In this document: positions 25,130-39,456 of the stretch, piece after piece
Numbering within the stretch: position 1 is the first letter of the stretch
Layout of the letters: every line of letters starts with the position of its first letter
From: Octopus vulgaris
Taxonomy: Eukaryota
Assembly: GCA_951406725.2 (NCBI GenBank)
Contig: OX597823.1
Coordinates: 93,434,001-93,498,000, forward strand
Length of the DNA stretch: 64,000 nt
Reading direction: 5' to 3'
Position numbers and translations under genes: made by a program
The notes under the pieces: model-generated
The model's database searches: none
What the model saw: only the letters and a program-made list of their open reading frames with translations
What the model was told of the DNA's origin: nothing

Positions 25130-27790
25130 TTGCACAGTTTCTAACGCTGGAGATGTACTACAGTGTCAGCTGTTCTCTACTAGTCAGCTAAGGTAACACC
25201 CCTTATTTTTCGAGCACCATCCGGAGTATACGAGTGGTTCCAAGCAATGTTGTTTTTTGCAAGTGCTCTATCCTTATTGCAGCCCTTATTTGTTTCATGT
25301 AGTACTCAAGATTTTTACTCACTGTTCCCAGGGCTCCAACAATTTTTGGTACAACTACCACTTTTTTCAGTGAGTACAAATGCTTAAATTCCCTAGCTAA
25401 CCTGTCATATCTCTCGACTTTTCTTTTTTCCTTATCGCATACCTTGTTGTCAGCTGGGCATGATATATCTATGATCCAGCATCGTTTGCTTTCTTTCTCA
25501 ATTATGACTATGTCTGGTTGCCTACTCTCTATCTCATGGTCACGCTGAATCATAAAATGCCATAGGATCTTTGCATTATCATTTTCGATGATGCCTTCGG
25601 GTTTATTTTCGTACCTTGTTTTTGCTCTGTCAAATACTTGTTCCAAATTGTCCAATGGACAATCTTGGTATTTTGTCACGACGTCTTTTATATTCTTTTT
25701 TGGTTCTTGGTGTACATTAATTGGTATTATGCGATATGGTTTCATCCTTTTGTCCAAAAATTCTGCACTTATCACTTTGTGATGTGTTGTCTATTCTGTA
25801 CTTAACGTAATTGGTTCTTAATGCTTGATCTTGGTTAGCACAGATTAGAGCCTCCGTTTCCAGTTTTAAATCAGTTTTAGTCATCCTTAGCCATCTTTTT
25901 TCTCTGTCTGTCTTACTATCAACCTCCCTACGAATTGTCCATGCATCATTTTGTTTATCCACCTATTTCAGCTTCATTCATTCTCAAGTCCTTGTATAGA
26001 GCTTAGTCTTTGCATTCGTCCATCCTACACAATCTTGACTTTCTTACATCCAATAATAGCGGTTCTGTGGTATTACTTTTACATACCATGCTATGTTGTT
26101 TTCTTCTACTCTAATGCCGGTTTCACATCCAATCAGTCCTCCTCCGCTTCTTTTTCATGGTACATAAATATGCCTTGTCAATTTTCCTTGTCTAAGCTGT
26201 TTACTTCGTCTATAGTCCATGCGATTACCCCAGCTCCATATCTAAGGATTGAAACCGCCCAGGTGTTGATAGCTTCGATCTTATTCCGTCCATTTAATTT
26301 CGACTTAAGGATCAGTCTAAGTCTGCGCAAGTACTTTACCTTAAATTTTTCTGTCATTTCTTTCTCCATCAATTTATCCATTTCCAGTATCCCCAAGTAT
26401 TTATAACCCGTCTTTTCTATCTGCTACATAACATCCCCCGACGGTACCGTTTGTTTCAATTCTTGCAACCATTCAGCATCCTCTTTGTACTCCTTGTCTT
26501 TTCTCCAGATGTCACTCCAAAGCCTTTGACTGCCAATGTTATCTGGATTCAACTTTTCATCTGTACATCCTCCATGTATTTCTTTTTAGAACTCCTCTGA
26601 TCTACTCTGAATAACCTATTCTACTGGTAACCCTTCATTCTTTGGTCGTATTTTCCCATCTTTGCTTTCTTTGCAACAAGGCGCTGCTTCAGTTACTCCT
26701 CAACTACATTCAGGCCCTTTCTTTCAGTATCATACTTCCAGTTCGGCGCCCTGAATTTTTGTTCGCTTTTAAGCTCCCCTTTCTCTTTTCGGTCTAACAC
26801 AGAAATGTCCTTCGAGAGCATATCTAACCCTGCTTGTATTCTTCTTTTCCGCCATGGATTTTTCTTTTGTCACCTTCAAGGGTTTCAGTTTCATTACCAC
26901 TGTTATTATATTTCTTTTTCTTAGCATCAACACCCACGTTTTCCGCTACAACAATACTTGCTGCCTTGACCAAATTATTTGCTTCTCTGATGTTTTTTGT
27001 TCTTATGTATTTCAGAATTTCATTCACATATTTCGTTTCTTGGTCCAATTTCCACCGATAAACCTTTTTAAGGTTGCAAATAATGTCGCTATCGTTCTCC
27101 TAGTCTTGCCTTTATTCTGTCGTAGATTGCCTTTTGCCCATCTGTCATGTCACCATTAGTTTTATTGTCTTCTTCCAAACCATCTACGTGTATCTCATCG
27201 AGCAAGATATTACTGTTCCTTTCCTGTGGTTTATTGCAGATTTCAGCTCTGCTTTCTGCTATGAGATTACTTTTATCAGTAGGAACTGTATTTTTATCGT
27301 TTCCACTGCTGCTGTTTTCCAATACCTGTATTTTGGTAGCTTCGAGCTCTACTTCTGTGAACCAACGATTTTTTGTTGTTGTTATTTCTCTAGCTTGATC
27401 TCATAATCTCTGTTCCGTGAGTTGAAACAATCCTTTTTCTTTCCATTGACCATATATACGTTGTCGGTATCCCTTAATATGAAGCCCATTTTCGTCTACA
27501 GGTTGCTCAGGTAGTAACAATCCATGACCACAGCATTGACTTGTTTGTTCCATCTACGCCGTGTGTGCTGCTCCCTTGCTGGATAACGACTGTCTGGAGT
27601 CGGACAAGTATCTCTGAGTCTGCCGGGTGCAACACTGTCACCATCAAGGGCTTCAGTTTCATTATCATTATTATTCACAATATTTTGTTTTTCATCGTCA
27701 CTAGCGATTATCAGGTTGGACAGTTACCAATGTTTTTAGTGTGACACCATCACTAGCTGTATCAGCAACTAGGACATGGGAAGATTCCAA
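25130..27790 (-). mobile_element. R4/Dong-type retroelement (family 1): both ends present, RT core deleted, pseudogenised
   Basis: N-terminal RRRWNKQVNAVVMDCYY...GYRQRIYGQW. Post-RT YKYLGILE...SKLNGRNKIEAINTWAVS; ETEALICANQDQALRT; RLE QPDIVIIEKESKRCWIIDISCP. Tail runs into (TAA)n at 24940-25128. Confidence 0.92.
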
Positions 27791-27914
27791 CCGTTTCCTT
27801 TCATTATTACTATTATCATCACTGATATGGTTTTCATTTCTTTTGCTATTTGTCATTCTTAATATTTCCCCTCATCCGACATGAGGTTTGGCTAACTTAT
27901 CATTGTTTTTATGA

Positions 27915-27978
27915 TTGTTGCTATTGTTGTCATTATTATTATTATCATTATTATTATTATTATTATATATAATTATTA

Positions 27979-28042
<64 letters not shown>

Positions 28043-28083
28043 GATTATTATTATAATTATTATTATTATTATTATTATTATTA

Positions 28084-28114
<31 letters not shown>

Positions 28115-28179
28115 GATTATTATTATAATTATTACCATTATTATTATTATTATTATTATTATCATTATTATTATTATTA

Positions 28180-28220
<41 letters not shown>
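27915..28220. repeat. long (TTA)n microsatellite
   Basis: Seen directly. Confidence 0.95.
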
Positions 28221-28540
28221 TCCATTCATAATTAAAGGGTATTATTAAATTTTGTTTAGTTTTAACTTTTGTCTTGTACTTGAGATATTCATAAACATGT
28301 GAGGGATGAAGGGAATAGTAAGAGGAAGAGAAGCAGCGTGGCAAATAGACCGAATTCTACAGATGGTAAGGAGATCAGCAAAAGGCATTCCTGCGCGATA
28401 AGGAGACAAAATAGACCTCTCTCCCTTGGAGTCAGCAGAGGTCAAATGTGTTTACTACTACTAGCGATCGACGAGAGCGTTGATCTTGGCATTGAAAAGA
28501 ACCAACTCACCTTGTTCTATTTTTAATTACTGATAAAAGA

Positions 28541-28588
<48 letters not shown>

Positions 28589-28589
28589 C

Positions 28590-29664
<1,075 letters not shown>

Positions 29665-29684
29665 TGATGATGATGATGATGATA

Positions 29685-29740
<56 letters not shown>

Positions 29741-29742
29741 AA

Positions 29743-30450
29743 TAGAGCTGCACAATATATTCACCGGGTAATCTGCAAAAACCTGGATTTGCCCCATGAA
29801 AAAAACTGGTGGGAACACAAACCACCTCCAGTGCTTGAAAATGACCACATCTCACTCTTCTAGAACTTCCCCATTCAAACTGACAGAAAAATAGATGCAA
29901 ATAGGTCAGACATCATATTAAAATCTTCAAACAAAGAACATGCATCTTCATTGATATGACTGTCCCAATCGATATAAACGTATCTGTCAAGACCTACCAA
30001 AAACTGAGCAAATATAAAGATCTTGAAATAGAAATCAGCAAAATGTGAAACCTGAAGACTAAAACAATACCTGTTGTCATAGATGCCCTGGGAATGATAG
30101 CGAAAGGGGCTGATTGCTACCTAACTCAGATACCAGGAAACCCAAAAATGGCAGAAATTCAAAAGATAGTGCCCATAGGAACTGCTCATATCCTACGCAA
30201 AATACTTTCTATGTAATCTCAAGTTTTAAAACAAACATAATTTTCGTTTTTTTTTTAGACATTCACTAGTACAAATATATGCTCACTATACAAATATATA
30301 CCAAATATATGCTCACTATACAAATATATACCAAATATATGGCTCACTAGGCATAACAACAACACGAAATTCTAACCTGTTGTCTCTTGAGGTCTCTGGG
30401 TGAGACTTGGAGCCAACTTGTACAAATATAAAGCAAAAGTCAAACATAGA
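29743..30450 (+). mobile_element. 5'-truncated R4/Dong family 3 copy
   Basis: RAAQYIHRVICKNL...IQTDRKIDANRSDIIL...IDMTVPID...KLSKYKDLEIE...GTAHILRKILSM*, with stops. (AAT)n tail at 30450-30540. Confidence 0.88.
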
Positions 30451-30464
30451 ATAATAATAATAAC

Positions 30465-30543
<79 letters not shown>

Positions 30544-30699
30544 TGTACATATACATATATTGCTGTTCACATCGTTGAATTTGTTAGTCTTCCTCTCTAC
30601 TTGTCTCTCTCCTTCTTATTTTTCACCCTTTCTGGTTTCTCTTCCCCCCTCTCTCCCACTCTCTCTCTCTTCTCCTCCTCTTCTTCCTCCCAGAGGGCT

Positions 30700-31153
30700 A
30701 CTAAAACTTTCTTTCAGCTTCGTGCTTCAACAAGTATAGATCGACTTCCCTGTCTTTCGCAAGCCGATTTTTCACATGCGTTCAACTAATTTTTCCACCG
30801 TCTAGGCAAAAAAAGCCCTTATTGTTGGTTCCCTGTCCCGTTTCTTTATTTGTACTGTTTTTCTTCATTTGTATTGCTTTTACGTCCTGTTCTTGTCACT
30901 TGTTTTACCCCTCTGCAAAAGAATTTTACTTAATTCCTTTTGCAGGAAGGACGGCTTCGCCCTGGCCGTGTTCTGCCCTTACCTTCGAAACACGCATTGA
31001 GTCGAACCAGGGGCAGCTGATGAAGGGGAATTTTCCTTGTATCGTTTGTCTTGTACTCTGTTTTTTCGTTGTTTTTTAAAAAAGGCCGTTTCCTTGTTTG
31101 ATTTTATGTTTTCGTTTCTCGTTATGTTCTACGTTTATTTGTGGTGTCCTGTA

Positions 31154-31160
<7 letters not shown>
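30700..31160 (+). mobile_element. pLTR-type element with hammerhead-like motifs, ending in (TA)n
   Basis: GAAGG...CCTTC-GAAAC-ACGCATTGA-GTC (about 30945-30993 onward) and a downstream CTGATGA at 31017. The fold is ambiguous. Confidence 0.4.
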
Positions 31161-31213
<53 letters not shown>

Positions 31214-32624
31214 TGTATATATACATGTAGATGTAAGTATGTACATATATGTATGTATACATGCATATATTTTATTTATTTATTATATTATTATATATAT
31301 ATATATATATCTTATTTCCTATGTAGCTGAATGTACGTGTTTCAGCTGTCATCCAACCAATCAGAAAGCGATTTCTGTTATAATTTGAGTAAGGTATCTT
31401 CTTCCATCAAGATAATTAACGTTACCTGGATAAGGTTTCAATTCTTAATAAGGAATTAAAACCACCGCTGCCAAAACGGAATAAAAGATACCAAAGGAGT
31501 GACGATAATTATTGCCATATTGGTGTCATCAGTGCTTCTAATATTAAAGAAAAATTATATGGAACGTTGAAATAACCATCACATTAACCTTGTAATTGAC
31601 ACCGCTATAAACTTATATCGATTTTTCCAATGTCTAGCCAGATGACCAATTTTTATAGCATGAAGTATTAGCAGATTGAAATGGTGTTTGTATTGTAGTT
31701 CAATAGTAGCACTTTTCGAACGTTTTCCCTGCAAATATTGTTGCTACAAATATTAGTAAAATCGATTGCGTTTCAATTTGAAGTTTATGTCTAAGTGATT
31801 ATAACTAAATAGTTTATTGTATTTATTCTGACACGCAAAAGCCTGCACCTCCTCAAGTCACGATCTAACGCTCTGTAATAGTCTGTACATAATAGATTCA
31901 GCTGTTAAAAGTACATCTTATTCTCTGACAATAGGAAGCACTCCATGTGTAGCCATCTGTTTACAAGACATCACGAAAAACTGAATTTAAATTAACCATG
32001 GTATCACGAAAAGCTAAAGTCAAATGAATCATGGTATTCTTTTGCAGATAGCATCTCTTGTGGTCACAATGTGATAAATAGCGCGACATCCTAGCAGTAG
32101 AATGACAATCATCTGAAATCTGTCATGAGAATGTTAGACCCGCATTTCTGCCCGTTTGCGCTTCGTCAGTCGCACGCAGATGCCAGAGCGTACTGGCTAC
32201 TGACAAAGTCTAAAAGGGCAAAAGTGCGCATCTCATATACTTACCACCGCAGCAGGAGGATTTTGTCTATTGATGGTATATTTCTTTTCTGTTTAACACA
32301 GTGTGACCATAACAGGTCAAGTGTCAAGTACCGCATTACATTTGGCTTTCCTGATGTATTTGTATTAGTTAAGGTAGTCAGACGTTAATCTAATTCTGTT
32401 TCTGTTGTGCATAAAGGATTTTGAGTTACCCGATTGGCTAATTGCAGCGTCAGTGATTTTCCTGTTTTTGTTTTTATACATCAGTGAAGCCCCGGGACAT
32501 TCTCTTCTAATGAATCTGGAAAGGATCTTTTCAGAGGCCTCTTGCATGGTAACTGATTGACTTGGCATAAAGGAACAACAACGACGTTCACAGCAACAGC
32601 AACATATTAATGTTCTACCAAAAT

Positions 32625-32785
32625 AGGCGCAATTGTGGTCGTGTGGTGTGAAGCTTGCTTCCCAACTACATGGTTCCAGGTTCAGTCCCTCTGCGTGACA
32701 CCTTTGTCCGACCTAACTTTTGTGAATGGATTTGGTAGACGGAAGCTGAAAGAAGCCCGTCGTATGTGTATGTGTGTGTGTGTGG
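32625..32785 (+). mobile_element. 5' half of type B SINE
   Basis: ggcgca...gtgtggt..gaagcttgcttcccaac.acatggttcc.ggttcagtccc. Confidence 0.8.
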
Positions 32786-32799
32786 TTGCTGCATGTACA

Positions 32800-33925
32800 T
32801 AAACTACTATAAAATAACCACCATAGGACTACAAAAATACCAAATATACAAAGGAAGGAAAACTGATCCAGATAGCGGCAAAACACGAGCAATACAAAAA
32901 ACTGTTCTCAGTATTTAAGGAAGCTGACAAATACAAACAAGAAATCATACCACCTAATAAACATGAAGAAGAAGAAGAAGAAGATGAAGAAGCAACAAAA
33001 GCTATAAAACAAATGAAATCCAAACTAAAAATAGAACAGCAACGAACCATCATAAAACGATGGCAAGAAAAGCCCCTTCATGGTAAATACTGGACTAAAC
33101 TAAACGCAAAAGAAATAGACAAAGAAAAATCCCAGCAATGGTTGAGAAGCTCAGGACTCAAAGCAGAAACAGAGGGATTTTTAATTGCAGCACAAGACCA
33201 AAGCCTCCCCACCAGAAATTACCAAAAACATGTAATGAAAAGAAATATTACAAGTAAATGCAGAATATGTGGAGATGTTCAAGAAACAATAAATCATATT
33301 ATCTCTAGCTGCCCAGTCTTGGCTAAGAAGGAATATATTCACAGACATGACAGAGTTGGAACCTACATACATTGGAAGCTATGCCAACATTATGGAATAA
33401 CAACAGAAAAAAGATGGTATAGGCACACACCAGAAAAGGTCACAGAAAACGAGAAAGCAACCATACTCTGGGATATGCCGATACACACAGATAGAGAAAT
33501 TAAGGCCAACAGACCAGATATAGTTGTCAGAGATCATGAAGGAAAAAATGCTTTCTAATTGATGTATCAATACCGGCTGATGACAACGTGTCTCTAAAAG
33601 AAATGGAGAAACTCTCAAAATACAAAGACCTGGAAATAGAGGTAACTAGAATGTGGAATCTGAAAACAGAAACAATTCCTACCATAGTAGGTGCATTAGG
33701 CATGATAAAAAAATATTCAGACAAATACATAACAAAAACACCAGGACTTACAAACACATATAACATACAGAAAATTGCACTACTAGGCACTGCACACATC
33801 CTACGCAGAACACTTTCCATACAATAACCATCAGAGCATCACAACAAATCACACCACATACCCAAGGCACACAGAGCTGTGCTCGGTAGTGAAGTGAAAG
33901 CACGCTATAAAAATAAAACTACTGA
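32800..33925 (+). mobile_element. 5'-truncated R4/Dong family 2 copy
   Basis: KPLHGKY...LKAETEGFLIAAQDQSLPTRNY...CCHC...RLE. Nearly identical to 28933-29600, with a 1-nt frameshift in the A-run at about 33545. (AAT)n tail. Confidence 0.93.
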
Positions 33926-34000
33926 ATAATAATAATAATAATAAATAGTCCGTTACGTGCGTATTTGTCTTTTAAGAAGGGCAATGCACTAACTGGAATA

Positions 34001-34172
34001 TTGTTATAAAGATTATTTGCCAACATAATATGGCAGTCCTGGTTCGAAAATATAAGGACACAGATCATGTCGTATCGCCAGCTGGAGACGATGTCTCCTG
34101 GTGCTAAATTACTGGAACATTCGTTCTAAACCAGGACTGTCATGTTATGCTGGAAAATAATCTTTACTACAA
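34001..34172. mobile_element. MITE-like element, about 48-bp TIRs
   Basis: taaagattatttgccaacataatatggcagtcctggtt / aaccaggactgtcatgttatgctggaaaataatcttta. Confidence 0.75.
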
Positions 34173-34214
34173 AGTACTGTTGATGAATATCTCCCGTAGT
34201 AATATTTACAAACA

Positions 34215-34362
34215 GTAATTTTCTGGATCTATTGGATTTTTCGTCACAGGTATATTGTGAAATGAAAGCAAGTACAACATCGTTAATTATGAGAATATAT
34301 TAGAGAAACGTAATTGCCTTTATACGTATGTATATATATATATACGTAATTGCCTTTATATG

Positions 34363-34409
<47 letters not shown>

Positions 34410-34560
34410 GAGAGAGAGAGAGAGATAGATAGATAGATAGATTGATAGATAGATAGATAGATAGAGAGAGAGATAGATAGATATAGATATATATACATAT
34501 GTATATATATACATATGTACATATATATATACATATATGTTTGTATATACATATATGTAT

Positions 34561-34606
<46 letters not shown>

Positions 34607-35224
34607 CATATATGCAAATAAGCATACACAGAATATCTACTATGTACAAATAAATGTCTACGACTGCATCTGTTGAGTTACAGCGCCACATAAATTATCA
34701 TAAATTATCATAAATTATCATCTTGTAGTCTCCTTCCAGTAGAGATTTTTTTCTCCTGCTACGTTATTTCTTTATATTACTGATTATAACTTACAGAGCA
34801 AATGCAAGAAAGATTATGATAAACAGAATTTTTAAGCAATTTTTCCCAGAAGTTTCACCCTTCAGGGTATTTACAGCCACTGCAGTCGATGATTCAAATG
34901 CAATTTTAGGCCGACTAAAACAAAAGCAGTTCCTTGTGAGGAACGCTTTATTACCTTTGAATACATGAATACAGATTTGCAGTGTATGTCTGTCAACAGA
35001 TGTTCTTCCGCCATTTGAACCTATGACGCATTTTCTACCTTCTCATTTCTAATTATTATTATAATTATACTATCTAATGAAAAAACCAACAAGCATACAA
35101 AATAAAACTTTATGTATAAAGGCAATTACGTTTCTCTAATATATTCTCATAATTAACGATGTTGTACTTGCCTTCAATTCACAATATACCTGTGACGAAA
35201 AATCCAATACATCCAGAAAATTAC
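34215..35224. repeat. inverted repeat, 114-bp arms (34215-34328 and 35111-35224)
   Basis: The arms are reverse complements with only a handful of mismatches. Confidence 0.9.
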
Positions 35225-35470
35225 ATATAGAAATACAAAATGGCTGACGGTTAGTAAGGAGAGACACAAGTAAGTGAGAAGAAAACAAAGGACCACTGAT
35301 GCGGTCACAGGAGTGTGACGAAAGAACTTTGGCCGAAATAAGATTAAGATTAATGTAAATAATAAATATCACTGAAGCAAAATAACACCAAATATATAGT
35401 GCGTGTGTTTTTATTGGCTAAACTGGCAATATGACCATTCCGAAATATATATATATATATTTATATATAC

Positions 35471-35545
<75 letters not shown>

Positions 35546-35561
35546 GATAGATAGATAGATA

Positions 35562-36135
35562 GGCTTTTGATATATAGGACACTGACTGGGAGAACAATGC
35601 CTATCATCGCCACAGATGGAGGAAGCAGGTTAAGGGGGGATCGACACTTTTGAGAGAGCACGTATCCAGCATGAAGAACTTAAGCGAGCTGCGCGAAAGC
35701 GAGCTGCGCGAAAGCGAGCTGAGCGAAAGCGAGCTGCGCGAAAGCGAGCTGCGCGAAAGCGAGCTGCGCGAAAGCGAGCTGCGCGAAAGCGAGCTGCGCG
35801 AAAGCGAGCTGCGCGAAAGCGAGCTGCGCGAAAGCGAGCTGCGCGAAAGCGAGCTGCGCGAAAGCGAGCTGTGCGAAAGCGAGCTGTGCGAAAGCGAGCT
35901 GTGCGAAAGCGAAATGCGCGAAAGCGAAATGCGCGAAAGCGCACGGCTCGTATAGTGAATGGGGAAAGCTTGGTCTGCAATGTTTGCAGTCGTGTATGCT
36001 TGTCAAGAGCAGGGCTCATTAGCCACCAACGGAGCCGCAAATGCAAAATATAAGTTAGTCCTAGAGCGCACAATGTTCCTGAAGGTCGGCAATGGTCTTC
36101 CTCGGTCACGAGTGCACGGCCATCATCATCATCAT
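35562..36135 (+). mobile_element. RTE-clade LINE 3' fragment with internal 15-bp minisatellite (35682-35936)
   Basis: DWENNAYHRHRWRKQV / [11 protein letters not shown]-(KRAAR)n-...[20 protein letters not shown]. 3' end gtcttcctcggtcacgag followed by (CAT)n. Confidence 0.85.
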
Positions 36136-36149
36136 GTATATATAAATAT

Positions 36150-36198
<49 letters not shown>

Positions 36199-36360
36199 GT
36201 ATATATATATATATACATACACATATATATACATACATATATGCATATATGTATATATATATATGTGTGAGTGTATATGTGAGTGTATATGTGTGTGTGT
36301 GTTTATGTATGTATGTATGTATGTATATTTATATATACCTATATACACAAATACATATTT

Positions 36361-36752
36361 ATTCTTTTGTCCTTTTATTTGTTTCAGTCATTTTACTGCG
36401 GTCATGCTGGAGCACTGCTTTTAGTCGAAAAATTGGACCCAGGACTTATTCTTTGTAAGTCTAGTACTTATTCTATCGGTCACTTTTGCGGAACCGCTAA
36501 TTTACAGGAACATAAACACACCGGCATCGGTTATCAAGCGATGATGGGGAGAGACAAGCAGACACACAAACATACATACATACACACACACAGATATTTA
36601 TACGACGGTGTTCTTTTAGTTTCCATCTACCAAATCCACTCACAGGGCTGTGGTCGGCCGAGGCAATAGTAGAAGAGACTTGCCCAAGATGCCATGCAGT
36701 GAGACTGAAACCCGGAACTATGTGGTTCGTAAGCAAGCCACTACCGCACATA
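36361..36752 (-). mobile_element. full-length type B SINE
   Basis: Head, central region and gcagtgctccagcatgaccgcag...ctgaaac tail all on the minus strand. Confidence 0.85.
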
Positions 36753-36811
36753 CCTACATATGTACATATCCTGTCTATACATATGTATATATATATATAT
36801 ATATATATATT

Positions 36812-37050
<239 letters not shown>

Positions 37051-37075
37051 GTATATATATATGTATATATATGTA

Positions 37076-37107
<32 letters not shown>

Positions 37108-37144
37108 CATATATATATACATATATATACATATATATATATAT

Positions 37145-37193
<49 letters not shown>

Positions 37194-37220
37194 TGTATAT
37201 AATATATATATATATATAAA

Positions 37221-37309
<89 letters not shown>

Positions 37310-37311
<2 letters not shown>

Positions 37312-37830
37312 TGCAGTCGCTGGTATTTGTGACTAATCTTTAAGTGATACCATGGGCATTATTAATAATTTAATACATGTGTACGAACATTGCACACTAG
37401 CATTTTGCAAATAAAGTTCACCTTTCCTCCGACCAGTTTCCCAGGCATTGAAACTTAAAGAGATGTTGGCATTGTTATTTACCACCCCTGACTCATAATT
37501 ATGTAGTATTGTAAGTGATATACTTTATAATTGCATCTTCTAATACATCAACGTCTTACTTAATTGTATCACATCCTAACAATGGAATTATGTTGGTTTT
37601 AGTACAGAAGACAGACAGAAATGTTATAGTACCGGAATTTAGTTAATGATGTACATGGCAAAAGATGACATGTTACCCCGTTCCCTGTTGAAGTCGACGG
37701 TCGTGGCTTTCCGGCAAAATTAGCGAGTGGATTTGTGTGGATTCCAAACAACTGCAGAAAACAACAATGCAAATAGCCATGACAGTTGGGACCACCTCTC
37801 GATGTTTATGACCAACGACAGACAGCAAAT
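37310..37830 (+). mobile_element. very old RLE-type LINE remnant (HERO/NeSL-like)
   Basis: Only the FPVEVDGRGFPAK motif at about 37681 (compare VEVGxRGF) is recognisable. Confidence 0.35.
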
Positions 37831-38171
37831 GGAATAATTCGGTTTCCCACGCATGCGTAGCGGAAGCGCTAAGAAGTAGAACATTCGTGACAAGTATGTG
37901 CTGTTAATACAGTTATGTATAGAATGTAAGGAAATGTTGCCAACTATATCTTAATCGATATCAAGAGATAGAACTTGTCCCACCTTTCAGATGCACCTGC
38001 AGTTTCTGCATGGAACATCGCATACCTGGGTATTCAGCCCTAATATTCAAACTTTCTGCTATGTTCGAACCAAATATGAAGATTGTTAAATGTTTGACCC
38101 CGTTGTTTCAGTTGGATACTTTCAGAAACTTTGGCCGTGGTCAAAAATTATGTCATTACCTTAACGCAGTC

Positions 38172-38385
38172 ATCTGGCAAATTCGTTAGCGTAGTGGACA
38201 ACATATCTAGCATCATTTGTTTCGGCTCTTTCCGTTCTGGGTTCAAATGCCACTGAGGTCGATCTTGCTTTCCATGTTTTCAGGGTCGATAAAATAACGT
38301 ACCAGCTGAGCACTGGGATATGTGTAATCGACTAATCCCTGCCCCTCCCTCGAATCCCTGGTGTATGTCAAAATTTGAAGCCATT
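38172..38385 (+). mobile_element. decayed type A SINE
   Basis: ctggcaaattcgttagc...gggttcaaatgcc..gaggtcga. Confidence 0.75.
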
Positions 38386-39317
38386 TGGATTTACAATCAT
38401 AAGGCGAATCTTGTATGTGGCTAACATATGACGACCGTGTATTATCGAATTAAACTGGTGAGTTACGTTAAAAGAACAAATATACAAAACATCGGGGCTG
38501 ATATATAAGTAGTTGGCAATATAATTCATCATTTCGTAAAAATCATAGTTTTTCCTCTGCCAAAATTCTTCTCCTCTCCATGAAAAAAATCGTTTCCAAA
38601 GCGACAATCTATGATATTTGATATATATAAGTTCAACTTAAAACCTACAGCCCATATGTCAAGACATTTACATACTTAACAGCACTTTTTTCTCCCTTTC
38701 GAGTGACAGCAAGAAAATGCAACGTTAAATATCAGAACTTGTTCTCGCACACTTTAAAAGATTAATTTCATTTGATAAATATTTTACGAGAAAGTTTGGA
38801 ATTTGCATTTGCAGCAGCACTTTGTCTTGAAAAGAATTAGAAATTTGACAGAAGCCAGCATGAAATCGTTGATTCTATTTATTTTTTTCAGCAAAATATT
38901 ATCGTATTTTGTTAGGTTTAGTCTATGTTTTATATTCTTCGTTTCGTTGCAGTTGCATTGGAGCAGGTTATGTTTATGAAAACGAAAACAGCAGGAAGCT
39001 ATATGTGATAAATCGTAGTTATAGCAGCAAAAACGAATTAAAAAAACAAAAAAACAAAACGATTTGGTTCATAACTTAAAACTCTTTATCACACACTCAC
39101 ACACGCGCGAGCGTATGTACCTGCGCGCGCGCGTAAGTGCATATGTGTGCGTATGTGCTTGCGTGTGTGAGTGTATATATATATACATATAAATGTATAT
39201 AGTTAGATAGCGAGAGAGACAGAGATGCATAATATACATACACACACGCACACCCATACATACCTGTATATATATATATATGTGTATATATATATATATA
39301 TACATAGGAGTAAACAC

Positions 39318-39408
<91 letters not shown>

Positions 39409-39422
39409 CATACATACATACA

Positions 39423-39456
<34 letters not shown>

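Noticed and set aside
32134-32173. Minus-strand CTGACGA...GAAA...GTC hammerhead-like motif
   Set aside because: Stem I does not pair and stem II is mismatched, so it is compatible with chance.
35650-36238. (ESELR)n, (AFAQL)n and (RAARF)n pentapeptide-repeat-like ORFs
   Set aside because: Alternative frames of the 15-bp VNTR. Only the KRAAR frame matches the flanking RTE protein.
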